Origin: Verrucomicrobiota bacterium
GTDB lineage: Bacteria > Verrucomicrobiota > Verrucomicrobiia > Opitutales > Coraliomargaritaceae
Reading direction: 5' to 3'
NCBI GenBank assembly: GCA_039815375.1
Contig: JBCBZJ010000004.1
Coordinates: 160,001 to 224,000, forward strand
DNA length: 64,000 nt
Part shown: in pieces, positions 8,633 to 17,458 of the stretch
How positions within the stretch are numbered: the first letter of the stretch is position 1
Layout of the letters: each line of letters starts with the position of its first letter
Translations under genes and position numbers: made by a program
Notes under the pieces: model-generated
Databases searched by the model: none
The model's input: the letters and a program-made list of their open reading frames with translations, nothing else
What the model was told of the DNA's origin: nothing

Positions 8633-9394
8633 ATGAAACTTTCACCCAAAGAACTCACCGCAATGAAGAGCAATGAGCAGATTGCGATGCTCACCGCTTA
8701 TAATTGTCCAATTGCTCGATACATTGAGAAGGTCGGCGTTCCTGTCATTTTGGTTGGAGACACATTGGCGATGGTCGAAATGGGCCACGACAGCACTCGA
8801 CCGATCACCATCGAGAACATGGAGTATCACGTTGGGGCGGTTCGAAGAGGAGCACCGGATACTCATTTGATAGGAGACCTGCCTTACCTTACTTATGAAG
8901 AGAAAGGGGATGCTCTGAGGAATTCCATTCGTCTGCTTGAGGCAGGAGCGGACAGCGTAAAACTCGAGGGTGGGAAAATTGAAATTATCTCCCATCTTTG
9001 TGAAAATGGAATCGACGTAGTCGGACACACAGGTCTGACACCACAAACCGCCTCGAATTTCAGGAGAGTTGGCGGAAGCCGAGAAGAATACCTGAGGATA
9101 CTGGAGGAGGCGAAGCAGATCACAAAGGCCGGGGCATTCATGCTCGTGCTGGAGCACATCCCGGAAGCACTGGGGAAGGAAATCACCGATAGCATTTCTA
9201 TCCCTACCATAGGTATAGGAGCAGGAAGCGATTGCGACGGGCAAGTCCTGGTTACGAACGATGCTCTTGGCATTGGTGATTCATGGCCGCCTTTTTCAAA
9301 ACAGTATGCATACCTTGGAGAAGTGATCGTTGATGCGCTTTCCACATTCAAGGAAGAGGTCGAATCGAAATCTCAAATAGCGAAACAGAGCTAA
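8633..9394 (+). CDS. panB: 3-methyl-2-oxobutanoate hydroxymethyltransferase
   Basis: MLTAYN, LVGDTL, GDLPY, VKLEGG, GHTGLTPQ, VLEHIP, TIGIGAG..CDGQVLV. Confidence 0.92.
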   Translation: MKLSPKELTAMKSNEQIAMLTAYNCPIARYIEKVGVPVILVGDTLAMVEMGHDSTRPITIENMEYHVGAVRRGAPDTHLIGDLPYLTYEEKGDALRNSIRLLEAGADSVKLEGGKIEIISHLCENGIDVVGHTGLTPQTASNFRRVGGSREEYLRILEEAKQITKAGAFMLVLEHIPEALGKEITDSISIPTIGIGAGSDCDGQVLVTNDALGIGDSWPPFSKQYAYLGEVIVDALSTFKEEVESKSQIAKQS

Positions 9395-9473
9395 TCCTTC
9401 AAGAAAGGTGAGGCCCCGGCTGCGCCTAGTCCTTTGCCCTCTTCAAATTGTGCGAAGATGCAACCTGTTCACG
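9380..9473 (+). mobile_element. Degenerate attC-like site after panB
   Basis: GCGAAAC...ATC(C)TTC pairs with GAAGAT...GTTCACG (9467-9473); inner AAAGG..AGGC/GCCT..CCTTT hairpin; next ATG at 9481. Confidence 0.4.
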
Positions 9474-9480
9474 GAACAAA

Positions 9481-9624
9481 ATGGAAAAAGGAAAGAAATT
9501 AGCACTTTGGGGTGCATGGCTTCAGTTAGGACCAGTATTTGGTCTCCTCGGCACGGTGGTCAGCGAACAAGAACAAATATCAAGGCGAACAAGGCGCTGC
9601 ACTCAACGTCGATCCGCGCCGTGA
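9481..9624 (+). pseudogene. Truncated MotA/TolQ/ExbB-like cassette ORF (47 aa)
   Basis: Manual translation MEKGKKLALWGAWLQLGPVFGLLGTVV..., then runs directly into an attC. PxxGLLGTV is the proton-channel motif. Confidence 0.5.
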
Positions 9625-9643
9625 GTGAGCTTGAACGTTGGCT
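9584..9643 (+). mobile_element. Integron attC recombination site
   Basis: GGCGAAC...GCT(G)CACTC / GAGTGAGC...GTTGGCT: AAC and GTT cores, L-box pairing with an extrahelical G, 60 bp, next gene starts at 9650. Confidence 0.78.
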
Positions 9644-9649
9644 AAGGAA

Positions 9650-10501
9650 ATGAAATACAGATCAATCAGTATTTGCCTGTTTTTTTTAGTATCTATGTAT
9701 GTCTCAGTGGGCACTGAACCAAGAGAAATTAGTATCGCTAGCCCATATCCAGAAAGCACTCCATTTTACAACCTTATCATGATTGCGCATATGGAAAAGA
9801 ATCATGAGCGCATGAGAGAATTAGTAGTATGGAAGCTAGAAGAAAACCCTCAACACCCACTGGCTCTTATGGCAGGATACTACGTCGCACTAATCTCTGG
9901 TGACGGTAACAAATGCGAGCAGTATTCGACTCTCATTTTTTCTTTAGAATCGGAAGCTGGACTTAATGAGGACTACTCGCAGTTTATGGATCTGTTTAAG
10001 CTACACCAGCAGATTGAACCTGAAGAGTTCGCGTCAGCACTTGCCCAAGAAGAAAAACAGCCTTCGCAAGACACAAATCCTTACGCGGCGACTAATTGGC
10101 TCGGAAACATCGCCGTAGCCGTTTCATCCGAATTGGCTAGAAATGATCCGAACTACCAAGAGGAAATGACGAAAGTTGGAGAGTCGTGGATAGAGACTAG
10201 AACCAAGCACATTCTTGATAATTTAGACGACGATGAGCTGGTGTCGATCGCACGGCAATTGATCGAAGAAGAAAGAAAAGAAGGAGCAGTAGACATGAGG
10301 AATCTTCCGCATCCCTTTTCCGAGCTGTTTCCAATAGAAGTTGTCTGTGTTCAGTCTGAGGTTCGAGTGTTATTATGGAAGATGGTGAACGCGAGTGTAG
10401 GTCTCATCATAACGCTAGAAAAGAACACCGAAACTGTGAATGACTACTATCCCACTAAAAGGCTTTCAGAAAATCTACTATGGTTCCAAACGCAACCATG
10501 A
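9650..10501 (+). CDS. Hypothetical exported protein (gene cassette)
   Basis: Signal-peptide-like N-terminus MKYRSISICLFFLVSMYVSVG; AT-richer codons; flanked by attC-like sites. Confidence 0.75.
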   Translation: MKYRSISICLFFLVSMYVSVGTEPREISIASPYPESTPFYNLIMIAHMEKNHERMRELVVWKLEENPQHPLALMAGYYVALISGDGNKCEQYSTLIFSLESEAGLNEDYSQFMDLFKLHQQIEPEEFASALAQEEKQPSQDTNPYAATNWLGNIAVAVSSELARNDPNYQEEMTKVGESWIETRTKHILDNLDDDELVSIARQLIEEERKEGAVDMRNLPHPFSELFPIEVVCVQSEVRVLLWKMVNASVGLIITLEKNTETVNDYYPTKRLSENLLWFQTQP

Positions 10502-10730
10502 GGCAATCAGGCGGTCGTTGCAAAGTCGCTAGCGCGCCGTCGCCACACCTTACCGATGGATGGTCGCTTCGCTCCTGTCCATCGTGCCCCGAGCTGGGCA
10601 AGCCCAAGCGAGTTTTCGTCCGGCGCGAAGCACCGTCCATCAAACCGCTTGGGTCAACGGCGTGATTGCACTTGCGCAAGCAAGCTTGCTCAAGTTCCAT
10701 CACTTGTGACCCAGCTCGGGGCGCATTCTG
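10502..10730 (+). mobile_element. attC-like site interrupted by a multi-hairpin palindromic element
   Basis: GGT(C)GTTGC/GCCACACC L-box-like pairing, then a CGATGGA/TCCATCG hairpin and a perfect 13-bp inverted repeat GCCCCGAGCTGGG (10586-10598) / CCCAGCTCGGGGC (10710-10722). Confidence 0.5.
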
Positions 10731-10744
10731 AGAAGAGAATTCAC

Positions 10745-11212
10745 ATGAAACTGAAAAACATAAACCTATTCATAACAATAACTGCTCTAGTTCTCTTTGG
10801 ATCTGGCTGCGCCTCTGTCACGCGGGGCACTATGGACGCCCTCGAAGTAAATTCGGAACCTGCGGGCGCACATGTGGAGGTCGAAAGAAAAAAGAAGCCA
10901 CTGGCAAAAAAAGAACTTAAAGAAAATGTCCTAGCAGAGGAATCAGACGAATTCGGACCTTTAGTAGGTAAGACGCCTGCCGTCTTTACTCTTAAAAGAT
11001 CAGGTGACTACAAAGTCACCATCAGCAAAGAAGGCTACGAAACAGCGACAGTTGACGTCACACACAAGATCGCAGGAGCAGGCGCAGCAGGCATGGCAGG
11101 GAACGCACTAGTAGGTGGAGTCATAGGAGTAGCTGTAGATGCAAGCTCTGGAGCGACACTCGACCTAGTGCCGAACCCAATCAATATCACTCTAGAAAAA
11201 ATCGAAGAGTAA
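10745..11212 (+). CDS. PEGA-domain lipoprotein (gene cassette)
   Basis: Lipobox FGSGC; ASVTRGT..LEVNSEPAGAHV, KTPAVFTLKR...ISKEGYE, GNALVGGVIGVAVDASSGA. True start MKLKN. Confidence 0.8.
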   Translation: MKLKNINLFITITALVLFGSGCASVTRGTMDALEVNSEPAGAHVEVERKKKPLAKKELKENVLAEESDEFGPLVGKTPAVFTLKRSGDYKVTISKEGYETATVDVTHKIAGAGAAGMAGNALVGGVIGVAVDASSGATLDLVPNPINITLEKIEE

Positions 11213-11216
11213 GAAG

Positions 11217-11341
11217 TCAGAACCAAGCGAGTTGATCAACGTCGAGCCAGCAATCAATTTCAGACGAGAGCGTCCACTTACCTCTTGAGCGATCGGGCGG
11301 CGTAGATCACTCTCTATGTAGTCGTACACTACGCGTTCACC
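11217..11341 (+). mobile_element. attC-like site (degenerate right end)
   Basis: TCAGAAC 4 nt after the stop; GAGT(T)GATC pairs with GATCACTC, ACGTCG with CGGCGT; a small GTAGT/ACTAC hairpin precedes GTTCACC (11335-11341). Confidence 0.6.
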
Positions 11342-11354
11342 GAGAGTCAAAAAG

Positions 11355-11891
11355 ATGGATGACACACTAGAGTCTTTGTATCAGCAAATCTCCGCATTTG
11401 ATTTTACTTACTGCGGGATGGCTCATGAAAGAATTCAACGAGTCAAAGAGGGATTGGAACCGATTCGAAACGCTTCAATAGATCATGGCTATCAGCGATC
11501 TGAATACTGCTGTAGCACGACTCGAGCACAACGATTGGGCTGCGCGCATACAACAGGGCGAATTAGGTTTTGCGAGTTCCTGGACGCCCTGCCACGACCA
11601 ATGTTTGATGAGGAACGGATCACGAAGTGGAAAGAAGAGCTGCAGAAACTGGATCTATTGATTGTCAAAGTGGACTGGCAAAAGAGCGATGCCGAATTAG
11701 ACCACGCCAGACAAAGCGACGCGCTCTGCCAAGGCACCCAAGAGAGTCCAGAGCGGAATGCGCAACTGGCAAACACAAGCCAGCTTATCCGAGAACTGAT
11801 TGATACCCACACAGACTACATCGAAAGGCTAAGGCAATTGAGGAACGAAGTCTTGGCAGAGATTCGGTTCGCCCAGGCACATAGGGTTTAA
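11355..11891 (+). CDS. Hypothetical protein (probable gene cassette)
   Basis: 178-aa ORF starting just after the attC-like site; coiled-coil-like C-terminus; no recognised family. Confidence 0.6.
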   Translation: MDDTLESLYQQISAFDFTYCGMAHERIQRVKEGLEPIRNASIDHGYQRSEYCCSTTRAQRLGCAHTTGRIRFCEFLDALPRPMFDEERITKWKEELQKLDLLIVKVDWQKSDAELDHARQSDALCQGTQESPERNAQLANTSQLIRELIDTHTDYIERLRQLRNEVLAEIRFAQAHRV

Positions 11892-12010
11892 GAGGATTCG
11901 TTTCTGCCCCTGTTTGGCTTGGTGAGAACTAAAGGAACCAAGCAAAGAAAATAGTCCCACGTGCGCTAAAGTCGTTTCGAAGTCGGATTTTATCCAGGCT
12001 CTAAGAAATG

Positions 12011-14929
12011 TTAAGGCTTTTCACGTTCTATGCCTTTCGAATCACCTTTAGCAATGAGTTCTAGAATCGCTTTTCCCATCGACTCTCCCATCAGGTATTG
12101 AGTCTCTCCATTCCAGTGCCAATGGTAGCCTTGTCCAAGAGCGGGTATGCCTTGGCGGTAGAAGGGACGGGTATCGATCGCGGCCACGTTGTCGGCAAAA
12201 TCCGGATAGCGAGTGGAATCGCTCATGGCTAGTTGCGAGAGAAGTACTTTGTGACGGCGCCCGCTCTTAAGATTGGCTCCTCCAATACCGGTGCCAGCGA
12301 TGACAAACGGGAGTTCCGGGTTGCCCAACTCACGGCGCACATCGCGAATGAAATCGGCAAGATTGGCTTCGTATTCGTCGACACTGACGATATTGCCCCC
12401 GTCGTTCCAACCCTGGTGCCAACCGAAACCTGCAAACTCGAACTCTCGACCTACAAGTTCGGGGAATAAGCTGTCTCTGTCGATTAGGGTATCGCGGATA
12501 TGTTTCAGTATGAGCTCATAGTATGCTCCAATCTCTCCACCTCGCTGGGCAACCGCACTGGGCGGGCGGAAATCTTTGGCTAGAGATTTTCCACCCCACG
12601 CCGTTTTGATCAGCAATACCGGTTGCTCGAATGTATCGCCCACGACAAAACCAAATCCAAATTCTGGGCCGATTGTATGGCTCTTAGCACCAAAACCGAT
12701 AGTCAATGGACCTTGAATAGACGAATTATTGCTCAAATAACGAATCCAGACATCATCGCGAACCACCCAACTTCCATCGGCCTCCACCAGGTGGGCATAG
12801 CGCTTGGGCTTGGTGTTGACCTCGAAGCGAAGGCTTCCGCGACCGTCCTGAATGTGCCGCTCTCCACCGTTTTGTTGAAGCCACTCAATACTGCGTTCGG
12901 GATTGGCACCTAGTTCAGTATGCCCATGCCCTTGCATATTGGATTGTCCTGCCAGAATGAATACTTTGATCGGGCCCTCATTGTCATCCAAGCTGCTTTG
13001 TTTTTTGCTCTGAAGAACTGATTTTTCCTCCGCTGGCGTTGGTGGCATGGAGGACGGGCTGAGCACAAACTTCTTGATCGAACATCCGTAATTGGGAAGG
13101 TTTCGCTCGAATCTCAACGTATTTTTACCCTTGGCGAGTACTACCCTTACCGGGCTGGTTGTTTCCCAAAGGCCAATGGTGTGGGGTAATTGAATTTCTG
13201 TGGACCGCGAGTCGTTTACTGAAAGGCTTAATTGCTGTGCCGTGTTCACAGTCGCTACCTGACTTGTGAGTGAATATGCGGCCGTTGAAGGAACGTGGAC
13301 TGTGTACTCGAAGTGTTCGGGATTGCCGGATTTCGTTCTCGAGTAGTGAAGTTGCTGACCGCCACCGAAGCTTGGCATGAATCGAACCAACTTCGTACTC
13401 TCAAGAGGGAAACTGCAGTTAGCAGCCGGAATGGTGATAGTTCCATTTTTCGCGTAAACGATGCTTTCTTCAACTGAGTTGTTGTTCAGGTCGATGGTCG
13501 GCCAGGTCAGGGCCTGCTTTCCAGCTTTAATTGCATCGAAACGGGTGCCATGATCAGCGATAATGGCTCGTTTCTTATAGAGAGCTAGTGCGCTCCAGAG
13601 ACCTCCGGTTCCCAGCTTGCTTCGATCTCGCTCTTCTTCACCGACTGCCTGTGCCACCCACTCGGCGCGGAGGACTTTGATAAAATCAGCGGGGTGTTCC
13701 CGGGCCTGTGTTTCCAGTAGAAAATCGCTACCGCTACGTTCATGGCCTGGGCGATTCCACCAGCTCCAGTGCCAATCGGCTCCAAGATTTGTTTGCCAGC
13801 CATTGGGAGTCCAACGACCTAAAGCTGCATGCTTAGGCTGTTTTACGCCAAAAGACGGGTTGCCAAAGGCTTTGAGAATGAAGCGGCCAAAAAAGGCACG
13901 TCTTCCACAAACGCCGCCCATGTTCATGATATCCTGAAAAAAGCCCAGTTCGGGTATCGATGGATTCTTCCCTCCATATTGAACTTCAGTTCCGACGATC
14001 TTTGAATATCGCCACCGGTCCTCAATTGATACGGCTAGATCCGGTCGATAGGTTTTTAGCATTCTGCGCCCCCAAGCCAACTCCTCGTTTGGAGCATCGC
14101 TGTCACAGACAAAGCGACATTCCCAAGTGCTGAGAGTTTCGAATGCGGGGTCCAGTTCTTCCTTTAGGTAGGCTGCTTCATAATGAAGATATCGTTGGAC
14201 AGGATCGATCGTGCTTTGCTGGTCGGGGTCGATTTTCGTGTGAGCGCGCTTGACGGTTGGAACCGCCAGTTCGAGGCTCAAACCAAGCGCAAATCGTTGC
14301 AGTATACCTGGTTTACGAGCGTGCTCACTTTCTTGTAGAATTTGGGTATAGATTTGTATGGCCTGGCCGTAATTGCCGGATTTTGCGCCACCCGCCTTGA
14401 GCATTCGGATCATCAAGTCGGTATCGCCGAGTAACTTCTTCACCAGCAATTCCTGCTCCGTGCTTTCCTCGGCAAACCTTGCCAGACCGGTAGGCGTAGC
14501 GCTTGTGATTATGTTGTGTTTAGCTAAGGCTGCATCCAATTCGCCGCTTCCGAGAAATTGATCGAGCTGGCTAAGGATGGGACGTGACCGCCTGAGCGCT
14601 TCTGCTTGCGCCTCAGCAACTGGAACGAAGGTCGCTTTATAGGCCTCCTTGTCGCCATATTTTGCCGTGCCTCTAACTTTGCCAACCTGGACATAGGCGT
14701 CCATGAAGGCGTCGCAGTCCTCCTTGGAAAGAACAGGCAGGGCTGGTTCAATCTCATTCTGGAGCGAACGTAATTCCGCATCAAAAGTGGCTTGGAGCGC
14801 GACCCCATTTTCACTGAGCGGGTCCTCTGAGGAAGCAGATAGATGGTTCGTCGGGAATGGGAAACAAAAAAGCAGAATCAATAGGAGTCTCTGGATGCCG
14901 CTAGTGCCAATGGTTGATACTATATTCAT
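12011..14929 (-). CDS. Secreted multidomain protein: Cys-His transglutaminase-like region, CBM-like module and sialate O-acetylesterase (SASA/SGNH) domain
   Basis: Signal peptide; GGVCGRR...HAA...W; FEYTV...LAKGKNTLRF; KVFILAGQSNMQG, GPEFGFG, IKTAWGGKSL, WHQGWND, GYHW. Confidence 0.8.
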   Translation of the reverse strand: MNIVSTIGTSGIQRLLLILLFCFPFPTNHLSASSEDPLSENGVALQATFDAELRSLQNEIEPALPVLSKEDCDAFMDAYVQVGKVRGTAKYGDKEAYKATFVPVAEAQAEALRRSRPILSQLDQFLGSGELDAALAKHNIITSATPTGLARFAEESTEQELLVKKLLGDTDLMIRMLKAGGAKSGNYGQAIQIYTQILQESEHARKPGILQRFALGLSLELAVPTVKRAHTKIDPDQQSTIDPVQRYLHYEAAYLKEELDPAFETLSTWECRFVCDSDAPNEELAWGRRMLKTYRPDLAVSIEDRWRYSKIVGTEVQYGGKNPSIPELGFFQDIMNMGGVCGRRAFFGRFILKAFGNPSFGVKQPKHAALGRWTPNGWQTNLGADWHWSWWNRPGHERSGSDFLLETQAREHPADFIKVLRAEWVAQAVGEEERDRSKLGTGGLWSALALYKKRAIIADHGTRFDAIKAGKQALTWPTIDLNNNSVEESIVYAKNGTITIPAANCSFPLESTKLVRFMPSFGGGQQLHYSRTKSGNPEHFEYTVHVPSTAAYSLTSQVATVNTAQQLSLSVNDSRSTEIQLPHTIGLWETTSPVRVVLAKGKNTLRFERNLPNYGCSIKKFVLSPSSMPPTPAEEKSVLQSKKQSSLDDNEGPIKVFILAGQSNMQGHGHTELGANPERSIEWLQQNGGERHIQDGRGSLRFEVNTKPKRYAHLVEADGSWVVRDDVWIRYLSNNSSIQGPLTIGFGAKSHTIGPEFGFGFVVGDTFEQPVLLIKTAWGGKSLAKDFRPPSAVAQRGGEIGAYYELILKHIRDTLIDRDSLFPELVGREFEFAGFGWHQGWNDGGNIVSVDEYEANLADFIRDVRRELGNPELPFVIAGTGIGGANLKSGRRHKVLLSQLAMSDSTRYPDFADNVAAIDTRPFYRQGIPALGQGYHWHWNGETQYLMGESMGKAILELIAKGDSKGIEREKP

Positions 14930-15189
14930 TATTCTAACAGTCGTTTGCTTTTACTGGGTACCCGATTTTAAGTAGAAAGTTTCCTACACTTATATGGAGG
15001 TTTTTATGGTTTTTTACTGAAGCAAGTGTTTCTCTAATGGTCGGTAGGAAATCGCTTCTTGATACGACCTGTATTTTCAGCGTTTTTGGTGAGGATGCCT
15101 AACTCATCTTGGAGTGCAGGAAGCCAAAGCAGAATGATTCATCAAAGTAGGCAAAAGAATTCTGCTAGTTATCTCGATCCTGATCCTCA

Positions 15190-15350
15190 CTTTTCCCTTT
15201 TCATGACCATTTATGCAGGATTGATCTTCCTCGGTTTTCCGAACAGTGATCGGAGCAATCATCTTTATTTACATCATTCACCGCAAAGAAGAATTCAAAC
15301 GTGAACCAACCGGCATAGTAAACGACGAGACTGCATCCTATAGCGACTAG
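15190..15350 (+). pseudogene. Frameshifted remnant of a small membrane-protein cassette gene
   Basis: SLFMTIYAGLIFLGFP continues in another frame as TVIGAIIFIYIIHRKEEFK; followed by and overlapping an attC-like remnant (15300-15392). Confidence 0.3.
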
Positions 15351-15399
15351 CCTCGGCGAAAACGTCTCCTAACTACAGGCTGCTCTTTACCTAAGCAAA

Positions 15400-15786
15400 A
15401 TGACAAACCGAATTAGCACTATCGCAATCGTCGTGCGGGACTACGACGAAGCCATCGACTATTTCACCGGATCGCTCGGCTTTGATTTAGTCTGCGACGA
15501 ACGGCTTTCTGAAACGAAAAGATGGGTCAAAGTAAAACCTGAGGGCTCGGAATGCGCGATCCTGCTGGCAAAGGCAAAGAACGACCAAGAGCTCGGGGCA
15601 GTAGGCAATCAGACCGGTGGACGAGTTTTTCTTTTTCTTTCAACCGACAATTTCCAGGAAACATACCAACGCTTTAAAGAAAAGGGTATAAAATTCACGG
15701 AAGAACCACGAGACGAAGCATATGGCAGGGTCGTGGTCTTCGAGGATCTTTACGGGAATCTCTGGGATCTCGTCGAGGCCCGGTGA
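15400..15786 (+). CDS. VOC/glyoxalase family protein
   Basis: IAIVVRDYDEAIDYF, RWVKV, GNQTGGRVFLFL, EAYGRVVVFEDLYGNLWDL. Confidence 0.93.
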   Translation: MTNRISTIAIVVRDYDEAIDYFTGSLGFDLVCDERLSETKRWVKVKPEGSECAILLAKAKNDQELGAVGNQTGGRVFLFLSTDNFQETYQRFKEKGIKFTEEPRDEAYGRVVVFEDLYGNLWDLVEAR

Positions 15787-15814
15787 TTGCCGCCCGACGC
15801 ACTGAAATCCTTTT

Positions 15815-17407
15815 CTACCTCGGCCGGAACTGAACCGCCTTGAGATTGTTCTCGAGGCGGATGTCTTCGTTGAGGTCCTCAGGGAGAACACGAGCAACCA
15901 GGCTAAGGGCATCGTCGCTACCGAGTGAAGGGATCTGAGTAAACACCTTGCGCGTCGTGATTTGGCCCGGGCCAAGCGTCCCGATGCTGAAGCTCAATGG
16001 ATCGGCATCTTCAATCATGACTTCGAGCTCCGCGTCGTTAAACCACTTGGTGCCTCGATTCTGCACAGTGACCTCGACTGGCATGGTGGTGCCGGGTAAG
16101 GCATCCTGGCTGAGGTAGATATCGGCCAGGGCGATGTCGAGAATCCCGGTTTGCGAACGTTCTCGCAGACGATCCCAGTCAACCGCCCCATCTCCATAAA
16201 CAGGATCGGTGCCAGGCGCGCCTGCATCGTTAAGATAACGCTGCATGAGTTCAACTGCAGCAGAGGTCGTCATCGCGTTGTCTCCGGACATCAATGAAGC
16301 AAGCGTGCCACTCACAAAAGGTGCCGCGGCCGAGGTGCCGGAAAAGAGTGTTGTGCCCTCGTCCTCATTGGCGGTGCGAATGCCGACGCCGGGTGCGGCA
16401 AAGTCAATCTCGTCCGACTGATTTGGGAAAACAGCCTGCCGACCACCTGCGTCGAGGGCAGTCACGGAAAGGACCTCATCGTAAGCAGCCGGGTAAGGCA
16501 TTCTCGCGTAACCATCATTGCCCGCGGCAGCAACAAGTATGACGTCATTCTGTGCCGCATATTGAACGGCCTGACGCAAGAGAGGTGTGTCCTGATAAAC
16601 GCCGAGGCTAAGGTTGATGATCTGAACGCCGTAGTCGACGGCTTGCACAATGCCCTCCGCGACATCATAACTGTTGCCTAGGCCCTGGTCATCGAGAACA
16701 CGGACGACGAAGAGCTCGGCATTCGGCGCAATGCCTTCCTTACCTGCGATAATCGAGGCGACTGAAGTGCCGTGTGCAGCACCAGGGCCGGACACGCCGC
16801 TGCCGGCCAGATCCATGTTCACAATGTCGACGTCACGGAACTGAGGATGCGCTTCGATCCCGGAATCGAGAATCGCAACGACCACGTCGGAGCCGTCACC
16901 TTCAGGCAGGCCATTCACAATTTCACGGGCAGAGAAATCAAAAGGGCGAAGGCTCGCCAGAGCAGCCGGATCCAACTGAACGGGCGGCAACGGGCGCTCT
17001 ACCTCGTAGGAGTAGCTGACCCGAGCATCGTATTGGTCTAAATTGACCGAAAGCAGCGCACCTTCCGGAATGCGAACGGCGAACAGCTCATCGATTTGGC
17101 CCAGCGGCTTCGTTCCGGTGGCGTTGAGCGCAGCGATATAAGCCAGATAGTCTTCGCGGTTGGTTAGGTGGACCACGAGTTCGCCATCCATGGCACCTTT
17201 CGGAAACTTCAAGTCAATGCCAACAGGGCTTTCAGGGGACATCTCAGGAAAGTCAAAAACCACTTGCTGACTTTCTCCATCCCCAGTGGAAGCGTCCGGT
17301 TCCGACCGTTCGATGCTCAAGGAGCCTTTGTTCGAGATGTAGAACCCGATGTACCCGCCGAGGATGGCGAGAGCAAAAAGAACCCAAAAAGACTTTGGCA
17401 GCTTCAT
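15815..17407 (-). CDS. S8 subtilisin-like serine peptidase, N-terminal membrane anchor, C-terminal CARDB/Ig-like domain
   Basis: Catalytic triad ILDSG, HGTSVASII, GTSAAAP; AAAGN oxyanion motif; VTVQNRG at the C-terminus. Confidence 0.9.
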   Translation of the reverse strand: MKLPKSFWVLFALAILGGYIGFYISNKGSLSIERSEPDASTGDGESQQVVFDFPEMSPESPVGIDLKFPKGAMDGELVVHLTNREDYLAYIAALNATGTKPLGQIDELFAVRIPEGALLSVNLDQYDARVSYSYEVERPLPPVQLDPAALASLRPFDFSAREIVNGLPEGDGSDVVVAILDSGIEAHPQFRDVDIVNMDLAGSGVSGPGAAHGTSVASIIAGKEGIAPNAELFVVRVLDDQGLGNSYDVAEGIVQAVDYGVQIINLSLGVYQDTPLLRQAVQYAAQNDVILVAAAGNDGYARMPYPAAYDEVLSVTALDAGGRQAVFPNQSDEIDFAAPGVGIRTANEDEGTTLFSGTSAAAPFVSGTLASLMSGDNAMTTSAAVELMQRYLNDAGAPGTDPVYGDGAVDWDRLRERSQTGILDIALADIYLSQDALPGTTMPVEVTVQNRGTKWFNDAELEVMIEDADPLSFSIGTLGPGQITTRKVFTQIPSLGSDDALSLVARVLPEDLNEDIRLENNLKAVQFRPR

Positions 17408-17458
17408 ATTCGTTAAAAACTAGACTCAATCGGAATAAAGACAACCTTCTATCGTGTA

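Noticed and set aside
10556..10744. N-terminal extension of the PEGA lipoprotein
   Set aside because: Reads through the palindromic element; the real signal peptide starts at 10745
7500..15800. Integron integrase or attI
   Set aside because: No tyrosine-recombinase ORF (R-H-x-x-R-H-Y pattern) anywhere in the window
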